This document shows positions 33,771 to 48,400 of a stretch of 64,000 bases of DNA, piece by piece. Made by a program: the position numbers and the translations under genes. Position 1 is the first letter of the stretch. The number at the start of each line of letters is the position of its first letter. The stretch lies in contig NC_135830.1 of NCBI RefSeq assembly GCF_964213995.1, positions 5,022,001 through 5,086,000 on the forward strand. Direction: 5' to 3'. Source of the stretch: Mustelus asterias (Eukaryota). A model generated the notes under the pieces. It saw only the letters and a program-made list of their open reading frames with translations. It did not search any database and was not told the DNA's origin.

Positions 33771-36700
33771 CCGCTCTCAGTAAGCACTGAACTGGACCCA
33801 GTCTACATTCATATTAGTACAAGTGCTGTATCAATAATTGATGCACTCGACACTGTCTCTGTATCACTGCACAAAACCCGTCCTTCGTTCATAATACAAC
33901 AGATCGTATTAGATGGATTGGCTATGCAAAATTGCCTGTTATTGTCCATAGGGTATGTGGATTCGCCATGGTAAATGTGTGGGGCTAACGGGGACAGGGC
34001 AGAGGGGAGGGCCTGGGTGGGATGCAAACTCGGTGAGCCAGATGGTCTTTTTCTGAACTCTAGGGATTCTATGGTTCTATGTCTAAGAATTATCATATCA
34101 TACCTTGCTTAGACATTCGAGTGCTTATTTCTTTTAAATATTCTTTTCTCCAATTACCCCCTTTGGAGCAATGATTTCTTTCAGCAATTTCCCTTCAGTT
34201 TTCCAAGTGATAACCTTCAGTCCATCTCTGCCTTCCATGAGTGTATGAAAACACCAGGCAGTTCATGTATTTCAACTGAAGAACATTTAATATGTAACTA
34301 TTTATTGACAACCATTCTGCTGTGTGCTCTTGCACACAAAACGATTTCAATCTGACTATCTTGCTCCCAGCGTTGACTTATCTGTCATTAAAAATCTGTT
34401 GGAAAATGGATAAATCACATCTCGAATGACGAGGAGATTACTGGAAATTGATCCTCTTCGTGTCTCACTAAAGTTCCTGATTTTCGACTCAATTATGTGC
34501 TGATTTGTGAAAATGATGGCGGCAGGAGATAATTACACCTGTAATTCTCAGACTTCTTATTCCTATTAATGCAAATGATTGAAACATCAGCTGCTCTCCA
34601 GAGATGGAGCAATATTTCTGTTTAACCGTTACATTCGCCAACTCCATGGTAACCATCCTAAATATGTTCTACTGTGTATAGGTTGTACAATCTCGGTAAC
34701 ACGATGAATCAGGATCAGGTATATTATGAGGGTGGATATAAACAGTGATATTGCCTGGTGAACATGGACAGTAGCTGTTCAAGATGGCAGCTCATCATCA
34801 CTTTGTCAGGGCAATTAGAGAAGGGCAACAGATGCCAGTGATGCCCACATCCCATAAATGATTAAAAATTATGCGGTAACAACAGAGACAGAATCTAATC
34901 TAATATAGACAGATGTGCTGGCGCAATGATAACATAAACTGGCCGGGAGAGTCATGTAAATTAATGTATGAGATATATAGAATATGAGAGACAGAACATG
35001 ATATAACATTTAAATAAACAATTTTTTCCGTGTGATCATTCTAGAAAAAAGTAAATTGTTCAATAACAACTGGCAGGTGTCAAACGTAGCAAAACCAGAT
35101 ATAGGTTCCAATTCACTGTTAACTGTTAAGGATTATTGCACTTTTCCGAAACAAGTTCGATCCAATGCTAATTTGTTCAAAGTGATGGCTTGTAAATAGA
35201 ATTGAATAATTGAATTTCGGAATCGTTCCTGGCAAATGTCCACGTCCAACCCTCCCATACACCCCCCCCCGCCCCCCGCCCCCACCCCCCCCCCCCCCAC
35301 CCCCCACACCGCGCACACACACACACACGTGCTGTCAAAACATAAGATTAGCACAAGACGACAGCTGTATAAATATTGCATCTTATTCAGTCGCAATGAA
35401 GGACAGGGGGAGACTCAAAAATGATGCTAGGACAATGATGCATAAGAACCATTAAAATGGACCTATTCTCGAAAATCCTTCACATTTTACTCCATGAAGG
35501 ATATATCTCATTTATTTTCAAAGTTACTGTGAAATCTGATTCGATCACCCTCTGAAGCTGTTCATTCCAGTCCTCAACAACTCTTGTGTAAAAGTAAACA
35601 ATTACATTTCTGTCTCTCTGCTTAATAAAATAAATCTGTGCCCACTGGTTGCTGACCGTCCTCTCAGTTGAAATATCCGCTCTTTAATTACCCCACTCAA
35701 AACGTCATGATTTTGAACACGAATAAAAGTGTTCAAAACACTGGCAAGGAGATAGAGAGAGAGAGAGACACCGGGAGAGTTAGGAGAAAGAAAAACGGGG
35801 TGCTGACAGATAAAAGCTGAAGAACAAAAAATAAATAGCAGATGGAGAGAAAATGATCGAACAATTCAAGATAAGAGCTATCATTTCCTTTCTTCACGAA
35901 ACCTGGGAGAGCTCAGTGACTGATCCACTGACCATCCAGTTATGTCCTGGAATGGAAACTCTGAACAGATCACAACAGACTCATTTGTAAATGTCACCAC
36001 AATGTGATCTTTATAACACTGCCCTGGCTCTGTGGACAGATATAGGCCGCACTGACAGATGTTCTCGTCAGATTGTGGCCCCTGGATTTATTTTCTGCTC
36101 AGAAGTGAGATGTGTGGTTTGGAACTGGCAGCAAGAATCAGGAAGTTATATTACCTGAGAATGAAACAAACGGGGCCAGTTTAATGTTATCACCGTGAAC
36201 AGTCTTCCTGCCTGCGAGGGTGAACTCATTCTGAAAGCTTCAAGAACAGTCACAGAATTGCTGCCGGTCGCAGCATTACATTCACTTCGATTGCCATATT
36301 AATGAATCAAGAAAATGATCATATTTGGGGTTTAGGTAGGTTAATTGAAAGGAAGACGGATTGAAGATTATCGCTGAGAGAAAAGAGGGAAAATTAAAGC
36401 AACATTTTTCCCCGCACAGGTGTTCTAAAATAGAAAGTTTAAGTGTGTTAGGTGTTGTGTGAGTGAAATCGAGGACAGCGTATAAAAGAGTGAACTGGTC
36501 TGTTTCCGGCACTGAATTTTCCTCTGTTGAGATTGTTGTGCTTCATCTTTTCAGTCACAAGTTGCCTGAAGCATGAAAGTTAAACATTTTTGAACGAGTA
36601 GCCAGATCCGGCTCATGGGTACCTCTGTAAGTGAGCTAAAGGAGGTTGAGAGAGAGAAGAAAGGTTTTCCGATTTAGGTATTGTCTGAGACAGAGAAAGA

Positions 36701-37294
36701 GAGGAGAGAAGTTCAATGAGTCATTTGAAAGATGCAATGCCTTGGCAGTGGAATGGCCAGCTGTATATCACATTCAAGAGCGTCCAGAGCAGTTCATTAA
36801 CTTTAGGCATTGACTGAGGCAAAGAGTGTGCAAGTAAATACTGAACAAATTACCATAAAATGCTTAAAACTAATTGCAATTATTTACATAGGAGTTATGA
36901 CTGGTACCTCATATTGTTATGGGCATAGGGTCCATTTCGGCCTTGTGTAACTGTCTGTGTGGTTTTTGCAAATTGTGTGCGTGGGTTTCCACCAAGTTTA
37001 CCACTTTCCTCCTGCAGTCCAAAGATGTGCAGGTTAGGAGGAGTGGTCATGCTGAATTATCCCTGAGTATCCATTTGCAGTCCAACTGGCATACGTTTAT
37101 TGTATTCCTCAATTTCTTTTGAACAAGAGGATGTTACAAGATTCATCCCAAGCTTTCAAGAAATTATTGCACACAATACGAGAGCAACTAGATAGGATGT
37201 GCAACACCGAATATTTATTAACAAGATGAAATGCATACTTCCAACCCCTTTCATCCACACGAATACGTTTCATTTCTTAAGTTAGTATCTATTT

Positions 37295-37585
37295 ATTCAA
37301 AGTTAATTTATTAGTCACATGTTGGCTTGCATTAGCACTGCAATGAAGCGGCTCTGAGAATCCCCCAGTCGCCACACTCTGGCAGCTGTTCGGGTACACT
37401 GAGCGAGAATTTGACATTCCCAATGCACCTAACTAGCACAGCTTTGGAATGTGGAAGGAAACCGACACAGACACAGGGAGAACGTACAAACTCCACACAT
37501 ATAGTGACCAAGCCAGGAATCGAACTCGAGTCCCCAGCACTGTGAGGCAGCCGTGCTAACCACTGCTAACCACTGCGCCATCCAG
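37295..37585 (-). mobile_element. V-SINE with alternative (non-HER1) tail
   Basis: HE1-like head and V-domain followed by a TGTGGCGACT..CATTGCAGTG..AATAAAT tail. Confidence 0.7.
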
Positions 37586-39254
37586 CTAGCTTGGTCTTCC
37601 TCTTTTTCCATCCATCAGACGCATTTTACAGAAAATTTGTAACTGAGGCAGTGCCTGCTATTTTATTCGGACCCAATGTAACGCAACGTGAGGTACGGGT
37701 GTACTCAGTAGTGCATGACATACAACCTACCAAAAATAATATCTGAGATGGAACCTAATGTAACATATGTGGACTATTGACTGAGCAACAACAGCTCAGA
37801 AATGATTAATTGTAGCATATATCACGGCATGTCTTCATGTAATATAAAGGAAGCGGCATGTAATGTAATGTAAACAGATACAAGGTATATTGCAATAATG
37901 ATTCAAATGAATCAAATGCAGTATATGAGAGGCATGGCCTAGTGCATTACTGTATACGACTGCACCAAATGGGTTATTGCAGCGAACATCGTCAAGTACA
38001 GTACTAACTGAGACAGGGTTAATTGTAGCCCTTATAGATCAAGGCCCAGTCCGTTAATAAATTAAACTTCAGGTTGCGTTATATAGTGCAGAAAGAAAGA
38101 TAAAACGAGATATGGTGGCGTACAGACATGACTGAGACAACTCCTGTGTAATAAAAAAATTACATGGTTAAATGCAGTAATAACAGAAGGAGGGGCAGTG
38201 TAATAAAACTAAACTCAATATATAGTGAAATTTAAGCATATACATCGTCGTACCATAGTAAGCAATAGAACAAAAATGGCCATTAATATGTTCCTCGGAA
38301 TCATAACCTAATTCAGTAATAACGATATGTGATCTAATGCTATGAATCCTGGAGGATGAACTGCAGTGTTGACTGAGGGAGGAGAGAGAGAGAGAGAGAG
38401 AGACAGACAGATGGACAAGTGCACTAATATCACTCCATTTATGATGAATGATCTGCTGAGTGTTTCTGGCAGTTCATTTCTCAGATCCCATGCATCCGCA
38501 GTATCTTGTTTTTGAGCAAGGAGATATTTGAACAGATTACTAAAAGGACGATCAATACAAGGACAGTTTTATGCATTGATTTAGACGAGGAAAGTGAGAT
38601 AAGGAGATTTAGGGAGGGAATAACAGAGCTTAGGGCCTGGGCAGATTAACACATCCCAAACTGAAAAATAATTTTGAAGATAAGAATGGAAATTGCAGAA
38701 AATATATATATTTAAATTCTATTCAAACATAACTTGTTCTGCGGCCATTTCGTTTTATTTCTCTCTGAAACAGATGAACAATTAACCATTGGTTAGAAAA
38801 TTGGCCTGTGGGAGCCCATCTGGCGATATTGCGAGTACAAAATTCTGTCTCATACTGTCAGTGTATCAGTTGAATGCTATTAATAAAATACGACAGGCGA
38901 AACAATCTTTATCGCTAAAATCTGCAGCAAATTGACATAGTGCAACACAATCTACAACGAATAAAATGCATCATAACAGAGATTCCTAAATATATTGCAA
39001 AGAGCACTGCACTATTGTTCATATTGACCTGTCCGTCAATGCCAGTTTATCACTGAGAAATTGTTATAACGTTCACGCTAAATATTACCCACACAATAGC
39101 AGAGTGATTAGACGTTTCTCACAGCTACTTATAAATATTAGCAAAAAATAAACCTACTGTTTCAAACAAGAATGATTGGTATCGGACAGGCACACGCACA
39201 TATATCGTGATTGATAATATCTCGACAGGCAACATATTCATGGTCGCATGTTGG

Positions 39255-39560
39255 ATTAACAGAGACAGGCTCTGATGTAATGTAAAGAGACAAATCCTGT
39301 GTCATATAAAAAGAGATGGGATCCGACGTAATATAATCAGATCTGTGGTCCACTGTAGGACTAATTGAGAGGACCTGATGTAGCATAAATAGAGAAATGG
39401 CCGAGTGTAGCATAACGAGAAAAACGACCGAATGTAGTATAAAGAGAGACAGGGTCCGCTGCCGTATCATTAAAGACTGGGTCTGGTACAACATAAATAG
39501 AAGCATGGACCAGTGTAATGTAATCAGAGGATTGATTCAGTTAATTAATAACCAATAAAG
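39255..39560 (+). repeat. degenerate ~27-bp minisatellite
   Basis: About 11 units like AACAGAGACAGGGTCTAGTGTAATATA. Confidence 0.65.
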
Positions 39561-41150
39561 CAGGGTCTTCTACATACTGGCCCTATTGCCAATGGATAGC
39601 GTTTTCTTCCTAATGAGCAAAACATGCTCATTCATAACTTTGAACTTCTGTACTAAATCTCCCATAAACTGCACTGTTCTAAAGGAAAGAAACTCTGCGT
39701 TCAGCTGTTCTGACAGTGCAGCTCACGCATGATGAACGTCAAGCTCCATACCACCTTCTGCCTCGCATGTTTCCCGATGTCATTTTAGGAATTGATGGAA
39801 CTTTCACATGGATTCTCATTAATCAATGGCATCGTGTCAGAATAAGATTCAAGGCTAAGAAAAGACTTGCTTCTGACAATTAAATGCATCAGTGAAATAT
39901 TGGACACAGATCTCAGAGTTTAGACACACTGAGCTCAATGTTATGTCAAAACACAAAACTGTGATCGGTTAACAGTCTTACCCCAGTGGAATCAACATCA
40001 TTTTTGAGTCAAATGCTAATGTGCTCAATTCCCACAACAGATACCTGAGCTCATGATACAACCTGTGACAACGTGCTGAATGTTCAGTTGTTCCATTATT
40101 GGATGTGATGATATTTCAGTCCAAGGTGTAGCATACAATATTATTATTAAGCTTGTATTCCAGAAGCTTGAAGTAATGCTCTGCGGGCAAGGGTTCAAAT
40201 TCCACCCCAGCAACTGGGGAATTTCAATTCAATTAATTGATTAAGCTGAATCAAACATCGTTGTCTAATTAATAACAATCATATTTCGGCAAAGTTCATC
40301 TTCTTCTCTGATGTATTTTAGGAGAGGAAATTTTACTTCTTACTTGTAAGACATATCAAATTGCCAGAAGAAGCAACAAGCCTGAGGGTTTGGAATGTTT
40401 TAAAATTCAACAAAAGAAGACACAATGTGCGAGGGAGGAAAGAGAGAATGAAAGTATAATGGCAGGAAGCAGAGAAACTAATTGTACAAGCTTCTCTGAA
40501 TATCTGAAGAGACAAAGATTAGTTAAGACAAATTAGGTAGCTTCCAGTCAGAATCCAGGGAAATTATAATGGGGAACAAAGAAATGTTGGATGAATAGAA
40601 CACAAAGTTTGACTCCATCTTCACAAAAGGGGACACAAATCTCCTCCCAGAAATGTTAGGGAACCAAGAGCTGGTTGGCATTGAAGAACACCAGTGTTAG
40701 TAGCAAAATCATGCTGGGGAAATTAATGGGGTGAAATGCTGATAAATCACTAAGGCCTGAGAATCTACATCCCAGAGTATGAATGAAAATGGCCCTGAAA
40801 ATATTGGGTGCATTGGTGTCATCCTCTAAAATTCTATACATTCTGGATCAGTTCCTATAGATTGGAGGGTGACAAATGAAATCCCAATATGTACAAAGGA
40901 AGGGAGAGTAAAAATGTTGAATTACAGCCTGACTTTAGCATAAGCGAAGATGTTAGAGACTGTTATCAAAGACATGATAGCAAAATATTTGGAAAGCATT
41001 AACGGAATTTGATGAAGCCAGCATGGGCTTAAGGAAGATATGTCATTCTTAACAAACCTACTTGCGTTTTCTGAGGCTGTAAGTAAGAGAATAGTGAGGG
41101 GCGGGGGCGGGGGGGGGGGGGGTGGAGGGAGGGGGGAGGGAACCAGGGTA

Positions 41151-44100
41151 CATAGAACACAGAAACATAGAAAGAAATACAGTACAAACAGGCCCTTCGG
41201 CCCACAAGTTGCGCCGGTCATACCGCTACCTATCTCGGCTTATATATAGGCTTATCTATAACCCTCAATACTGTTAAGTCCCATGTACTCATCCAGAAGT
41301 CTCTTAAAAGACCCTATCGAGTTTGCCTCCACCACCACTGATGGCAGCCGATTCCACTCGCCCACCACCCTCTGAGTGAAAAAACTACCCCTGACATCTC
41401 CTCTGTACCTACTCCCCAGCACCTTAAACACGTGTCCTCTCGTAGCAGCCATTTCAGCCCTGGAAAAAAGCCTCCGAGAATCCACCCGATCTATACCTCT
41501 CAACATCTTGTACACCTCTTTCAGGTCACCTCTCAGCCTTCATCTCTCTAAGGAGAAAAGACCGAGCTCCCTCAGCCTATCCTCATAAGGCATGCCAACC
41601 AATCCAGGCAACAGCCTTGTAAATCTTCTCTGCACCTTTTCAATCATTTCCACATCCCTCCTGTAATGAGGCGACTAGAACTGAGCACAGTACTCCAAGT
41701 GGGGTCTGACGAGGGTCTTATAAAGCTGCATTATTATCTCCTGACTTCTAAACTCAATCCCTCGATTGATGAAGGCCAGCACACCATACGCCTTCTTAAC
41801 CACCCCCTCTACCTGCGAGGCCGATTTAGGAGTCCGATGGACCTGGGCCCCAAGGTCCTTCTGATCCTCTACACTGCTAAGAGTCGTACACTTGATATTA
41901 TACTCCTTCATCTCATTCGACATGCCAAAATGGATCACTACACATTTATCCTGTTTGAAGTCCATCTGCCACTTCTCTCCCAGTCTTGCATCCTATCAAT
42001 GTCACACTACAGCTTCTGACATGCGTCCAACCTATCCACAACACCACCAACCTTCGTGTCGTCGACAAACTTACCAAACCATCCCTCCACTTCCTCATCC
42101 AGGTCATTTATGAAAATGACAGACAGCAAGGGTCCCAGAACAGATCCCTGGGGCACTCCACTGGTGACCGACCTCCATTCAGAAAATTACCCGTCTACAA
42201 CCACTCTCTGCCTTCTGCAGGCAAGCCAGTTCTGAATCCACAAGGCAACAGCCCCTTGCATCCCATGCCCTCTCACTTTCTTGAGAAGTCTTACATGGGG
42301 TACCTTATCGAACGCCTTGCTGAAGTCCATGTAAACCACATCTACCGCTTTTCCTTCGTCAATGTGTTTAGTCACATTTTCAAAGAACTCCACCAGTCTC
42401 GTAAGGCACGATTTGCCTTTGACAAGGCCGTGCTGACTACGTTTGAGCATACGAAACTTCTCTAAATGTTCATAAATCCTGTCCCCCAGGATCTTCTCCA
42501 TCAACTTACCAACCACTGAGGTTAGACTCACCGGTCGGTAATTTCCTGGGCGATCCCTATTCCCTTCCTTGAATATAGGAAACACATCCGCAATCCTCCA
42601 ATCCTCCAGAACTTCTCCCGCCTCCATCGACGATGCAAAGATCATCACCAGAGGCTCTGCAATCTCTTCCCTCACCTCCCACAGTAACCTGGGGTACATC
42701 CCATCCGGTCCCGGCGACTTATCTATCTTGATGCTATTCAAAATTTCCAACACATCCTCTTTCTTAATGTCCACATACTCAATCTTTTCAGCCCACCTCA
42801 GTCCTGTAGTACAACCACCCAGGTCTTTTTCCACCGTGAATACCGAGGTAAAACATTCATTAAGCACCTCTGCTATTTCTTCCGGTTCTGTGCAGACTAT
42901 CTCACCTTCACCTTTTATAATTCCTATTCCATCACATCTCATCCTTTTACTCTTCACATATTTATAGAACGCCTTCGGGTTCTCCTTAATCTTACCTGCC
43001 AAGGCCTTCTCGTGACCCCTTCTGGCTCTCTTAATTTCTTTCATTCCGACAAGCTGTCTACTCATCTAGATCCCTATCATCGCCGAGCGCTCTGAAGCTT
43101 TTGTACGCTTTCCTTTTCTTTCTCACTAGGTTCAGCGCAGCTTTCGTGCACCATGGTTCCCGTAACCTACCAACACCTCCCTCTCTCATCGGAACGTTGT
43201 CATGCAGAACTCGAGGCAAACATTCCTTGAAAATCTGCCACCTTACTTCAGTACTTTTCCTCGAGAATGCCTCCTTCCAATTTACGCATCTAATCTCCTG
43301 CCTGATGGTTTCATATTTCCCCTTACTCCAGATAAACAGTTTCCTAGCTTGCCTGATCCTATCTCTTTCCAATGCGTGCGTAAAGGAGATAGAGTAATGA
43401 TCACTATCCCCAAGATGCTCCCCCACTGAGAGATCCGACATCTGGTACTGGCTCATTAGCCAGTACCAGGTCGAGTACAGCCTCTCCTCTTGTAGGCTTA
43501 TCCACATGCTGTGTCAGGCAACCCTCCTGAACACACCTAACAAACCCCTCCCCATCCAAACCCCTTACTCTATGGATATTCCAATCGATGTTTGGGAAAT
43601 TAAAGTCTCCCATCACGACAACCCTGTTATTCCTACATCTCTCCAGGATCTGTTCCCTATCTGCTCCTCAACATCCCTGTTACTATTGGGCGGCCTGTAC
43701 AAAACACCCAGCAAAGTTATCGACCCCTTCCCGCTCCGAACCTCCACCCACAGAGACTCCGTAGACAATCCCTCCACGGCTTCCACATTCTCTGCAGCTC
43801 TGACACTATCCCTGATCAGCAGTGCCACTCCCCACCCCCCTCTTTTGCCTCCCTGTCTGTCCTTTCTGAAACATCTGAAACCCGGCACCTGAAGTATCCA
43901 GTCCTGTCCCTGTCCCCAAGTCTCCGCAATGGCCACCACATCACACTTCCAAGCATCGATCCACACTCTAAGCTCATCCACTTTATTCACTACACTCCTG
44001 GCATTAAAATAGACATATCTCAAACCTTTGGTTTGAGCTCTCCCCTTCTCCATCACCCGTCTATTCTCCCTCTTACACTGTGTACAATCCTTCTCTATTT

Positions 44101-44489
44101 TCGGGCTAGCCTCCTCGCTCTCAGTCACCTCACCACGATTCCCTCCCCCCAACCTTTCTAGTTTAAAGTCTCCCCAGTAGCCTTAGCCAACCTTCCTGCC
44201 AGGATATTTGTCTCCCTAGGATTCAAGTGCCACCCGTCGTTTTTGTACCGGTCACACCTTCCCCTAAAGAGGTCCCAATGATCCAGGAAACTGAATCCCT
44301 GTCCCCCGCTCCAGTCCCTCAGCCACACATTCATCCTCCACCTCACTCCATTCCTGCTCTCACTTTCCCCTGGCACAGGCAGCAATCCTGAGATGACAAC
44401 CTTTGTGTTCCTCCTTCCCAACTGTCTACCTAACTCCCTATATTCTCTTTTCATTACCCCTTCCGTCTTCCTACCTATGTCAGCGTGCA
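41151..44489 (-). mobile_element. CR1 LINE (ORF1 esterase C-terminus + frameshifted ORF2 + tail)
   Basis: DGWHLN, YFNARS, GDFN, SDH and DFSKAFDKVPH motifs; CATAGAA tail; GTAC at both junctions. Confidence 0.93.
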
Positions 44490-44696
44490 TGTACGTGGTG
44501 CATTTGCACTTTCAGAAGACATTTGAGACGGTTCCTCGTAAAATATTAGTAGGTCAAATTAAAGCACGTGGGATAGGGAATAATGTATTGACATTTGTGT
44601 GGAATTCGTTGACAGATAAGAAACAGAGAATGGAAATACATGGGTCTTTTTCCGAGTGGCAGTCAGCGACTGGTGGGGTACTTCAGGATCCCAACT

Positions 44697-44970
44697 TATA
44701 TTATTTATTAGTCACATGTAGGCTTACGGTAACACTGCAATGAAGTTACTGTGAAAAACCCCGAGTCACCACACTCCAGCGCCTGTTCGGGTGCACTGAG
44801 GGAGAGTTTAGCATGGCCAATGTCCCTAAGCTGCACGTCCTTCGGATTGTTGGAGGAAACCGGGCACCCAGAAGAAATCCACGTAAGCACGGGGAGAATG
44901 TGCAGACTCCGTACAGAAAATGCCCCAAGCTGGGAATCGAACCCGGTCCCCAACGCTGTGCCACCGTGCG
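44697..44970 (-). mobile_element. V-SINE with alternative tail
   Basis: Same family as 37295, 45695 and 49930. Confidence 0.8.
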
Positions 44971-45487
44971 ATCTGGATAAGGAAATCAAATGTAAAATGT
45001 CCTAAGCGGCTGGCGATGCATAACTGTGAGCTATGAGGAGGATGCAGTGACTTGTGAGCTGAGAGGAGGATGCAAGGGTCTTCAATGTGATCTGGACAAG
45101 TTGTGTGAATGGGTGAACATGTGGCAGATGCAATACAACGTGGCTAAATGTACAGTTATATGCGTGTGTAAAGCACAAAACAATATATATTTGGAAGTGT
45201 GATGTACAAATTGATCTGGGTATCCTTTTACACCAAACAATGAAATCGGAGAGGTATGTACAGCAAGCAATTGGGAAGGCCTTCGTTGCAAGAAGATTTG
45301 AGTTCGGAATTAGTGAAGTCTTACTGCAGTAATGCCTGGTCTTCATCAGACCACATCTGGAGTAATGCGTATAGATTTGATCTCCCGACCTAAGAAAGGG
45401 TCTCTGGCGAGTGCAGCTGATACACGGATTGGTGGGACTGTCCTATACGGCGAAATTGCTTCGACTGGGCCTGTATTCACTTGACTG

Positions 45488-45612
45488 ATCTGATGAAGGA
45501 GCAGCGCTCGGAAAGCTCGTGATTCCAAATAAACATGTTGGACTTTAACCTGGCGTTGCGAGACTTCTTACTGTGCACACCCTAGTGCAACGCAAGCATC
45601 TCCACCTCATGT
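45488..45612 (+). mobile_element. Penelope terminal-repeat fragment with hammerhead core
   Basis: CTGATGAAGGAGCAGCGCTCGGAAAGCTCGTG..GGACTTTAACCTGG, colinear with 4891-4975. Confidence 0.75.
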
Positions 45613-45694
45613 ATTCATTCGAGTTTAGAAGGATGAGAGGAGATCTGATTGAAATACGTAAAATTGTGATTGCAACATTCAAAGCATAAAAAAT

Positions 45695-45990
45695 GAGGGC
45701 GATGCAGTGGAACAGTGGCTAGCACGGCTGCCTCACAATGCCAGGGACCTGGGGTCGATTGCCAACTTGGGTCACTGTCTGTGCAGAGACTGCACATTCT
45801 CCCATTATCTGCGTGGGTTTCCTTCAGGTGCTCCCTTTTCCTCCCACAGTCCGAAAGACGTGCTGATTCGGTGCATTGGCCATGCTAAATTTTCCCTCAG
45901 CGTACCTGAACAGGCGCTGGAGTGTGGCCATAGGGCCTTCTCACAGTAACTTCATTGCAGTGTAGTCTACTTGTGACATTGATAATCAAT
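45695..45990 (+). mobile_element. V-SINE with alternative tail
   Basis: Head, V-domain and CACAGTAACTTCATTGCAGTG tail. Confidence 0.8.
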
Positions 45991-46374
45991 GAACTTATGA
46001 ATAATTAAACGAATTCTAACAGGGCTGGGCAGGCGAGATGAAGGAAGGACGTTTTCGCTGGTTAGGTAGTATCAAACCAGGGATGCAGTCTCAAGACATA
46101 GGGTAGCCAAGTTAGGACAGAAATGAGGAAATATTTCTTCACTTCAGAGACTAGTGAACATACGGAGTGCTCGAGCACTGAAGGCTTAGGATGTCATGCC
46201 ACTGAATAGATTCAAGAAATAAATTGATTTGTGATTAGATTTTAATGGTATCGGGGGTGTGAGCAGAATCCAATAATGTGGCCTTGAAATAGGAAATTAA
46301 TCAATGATCATGAAGACTGGTGGATCAGGCTCGAATGGCCTCCTCCGGCTCCTAATTTCTATGTAACTAATGTT

Positions 46375-46685
46375 CAGTCAATGTTCTGAGGACCTGAGTT
46401 CAAATCCCGCCAGAGCAGATGGTGGAACTTGAAATCAATAAAAAATAGCTGGAATTAAAAATCTATTGATGACAGTGAGACCATTGTTGATAGTTGTAAA
46501 AACCCATCTTGTTTACTAATGTCCCTTTAGGGAACGGAATCTGCCGTTCTTACCTTGCTTGACCTACATGTGACTCCAGAGTCACAGCAATGTGGTTGAC
46601 TCTCAACTGCCCTCCAAGGGCAACTAGAGATGGGCAACAAATGCTGGCCAGCCAGTAATGTGCAAGGCCCACGAATCAATAAAAA
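46375..46685 (+). mobile_element. SINE with L2/Crack-like tail (related copies ~31730, 40150, 59230, and 61140 on minus)
   Basis: B-box GAGTTCAAATCCC, body AAAACCCATCT..ACTAATGTCC..GGAATCTGCC, tail GGGCAA..AAATGCTGGCC. Confidence 0.6.
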
Positions 46686-47039
46686 AAGCTATGTTTAGCC
46701 TGTCTGTCCTACATGTGACTCCAGTTCCACAGTGATGAAGCTGACCCTTACGTGCCTCTGAAATTGACAAAACAGCCATTCAGGTGTTTCAAAGTTGCTG
46801 CAGAAAGTCAAACATAAATAAAACCGACCAGAGGGCAATTATTACAAAAAGGTAGTTCACAACCGCCTTCTCAGTATGGGCAATTAATGCTGACTTTGTC
46901 AGTGATGCCCATATCCAGAGAATGAATAGAACAGTGCAAACTACTGCGAATTCCGGAAATCTAAAAGTAATACAACAAAAAAGGCAGGTCAGTGGGCATT
47001 AGCAGTGGGTGAAACAGATTCTCATTTCAGGCCGATGAC

Positions 47040-47300
47040 AGAATGTAAAATCTCATTGATAAAATTCGATATAACAGGACTGTTCTGCCCAGTATCCTGG
47101 CCACTCATTCTTCAACTAAAATCACAAAATTACTGTTCATTTATCACATCTCGCTTTGTGGGAGCTTGTTGTGCACCAAATACTTGTTGTATGTCCAACA
47201 TTACAGCAGTGAATAACTTCAGCGAAAATATATCAGTGAGTTGTAAATGGTTTGGGACGACCTAACGTCAGGTAAAGCGTTATGAAAATGCAAGGCCTTT
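47040..47300 (+). mobile_element. DeuSINE (AmnSINE1/SacSINE1-like) relic
   Basis: ATCACAT..TTTGTGGGAGCTTG..CATTACAGCAGTGA..TTTGGGACG..AAATGCAAG resembles the Deu-domain SINE 3' half. Confidence 0.65.
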
Positions 47301-48109
47301 CCAAATGTTAATATTATAAAATGCAAGAATTGATATGTTAAAAGCTCTGAGATTAATGCGATTATCGTCACTCCTCTGCCTGATGTTTTAACGTGTCTAG
47401 TTTTAGTAGATTAAATCATCAATCAAATTGACATTCAGTGGAATACCAGTCTTTTCAGACATGTTTTATTTATCCTGACATCAGAACTTTCAGAACAAAT
47501 TCTTGATTAGAGGGTATTTTTTTATTTGAATTAAATAGCGTCTGATCGAATGGGTATTCACGAAGTTTCTATTGATTTTGAACCTGCTGTCAATATACTT
47601 AAAATAAACCGCTATTTTGAATTGAAACTAATGAATAAATGACGGTTTATCTGGTTTTGCTGCCATGAACATCTCATTGTAACCAGTGAGGTGTTTATGG
47701 AAATAAACACAGAAATAGAAATCCCAGATTAGATTTATTGATTGACAAAAACGCAACAAATATTTCCCCATCAACACAGCACAGAAATAGAGGCAAACAT
47801 GCAAATCAATCATTGGATTCCAGTTGTGATTGTTTTTTGGGCATATTTTTTCATCCGTTTTCTGCACAAAACAAGCTATGATTATCAATGTTCAAAATTA
47901 GGAAAGATTCCCTCTAATCACAAAATATAAGGACATGGCGATTTAATGTGCTTTATCTCTCTTTGTCTTTCTCCTCTCTGATTCTGTGTCTTGTTTTGTC
48001 TCTCCACGATGGGTCATTGTCTTTACTCAACAACATCAAGTCAAACTCCAGCAAATGTATTCTCTCAGGTCTATTTTCAGGCCACTAACTAAATGGATTT
48101 AATTCAATC

Positions 48110-48400
48110 TATAGAGGGAGCTTTTCTCCAATATGTATCTTGATCATTCCCTGTATCTAACCCTTTCTGTCCCAGCGTCCAATTGTTTCAATGGACAGTG
48201 TAGTGAGGTTTTTACTGTTTCTAAATAGTCTTCATTTGCTGGAAATGCTTGATTGAGATAGTGTGGATGGAGTTTCACTTTTTATCTATCCCGTGCTACA
48301 CCTGCTTGGGAGTGTTTAATGTTGCACTGTGGAGGGAGCTTTACATTCGGTGCCTAAACACATGCTACACCTGACCTTGGAATGTTTGATGGGACTCTAG
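48110..48400 (+). repeat. degenerate ~65-bp tandem repeat
   Basis: 4-5 units like GAGTGTTTGATGGGACAGTGTAGAGGGAGCTTTAC..TATCTAACCCGTGCT. Confidence 0.6.

Larger units (their letters stand above)
40500..46360 (+). mobile_element. old CR1 ORF2 relic hosting nested insertions
   Basis: RT reading (LTNLL..S.RI..GEP) stops at 41150 and resumes at 44490 (YVVHLHFQKTFETVP). It continues to a 3' UTR near 46360. Confidence 0.75.

Noticed and set aside
35119-35455. Gly/Pro-rich ORFs
   Set aside because: Translations of a C-run plus (CA)n microsatellite.
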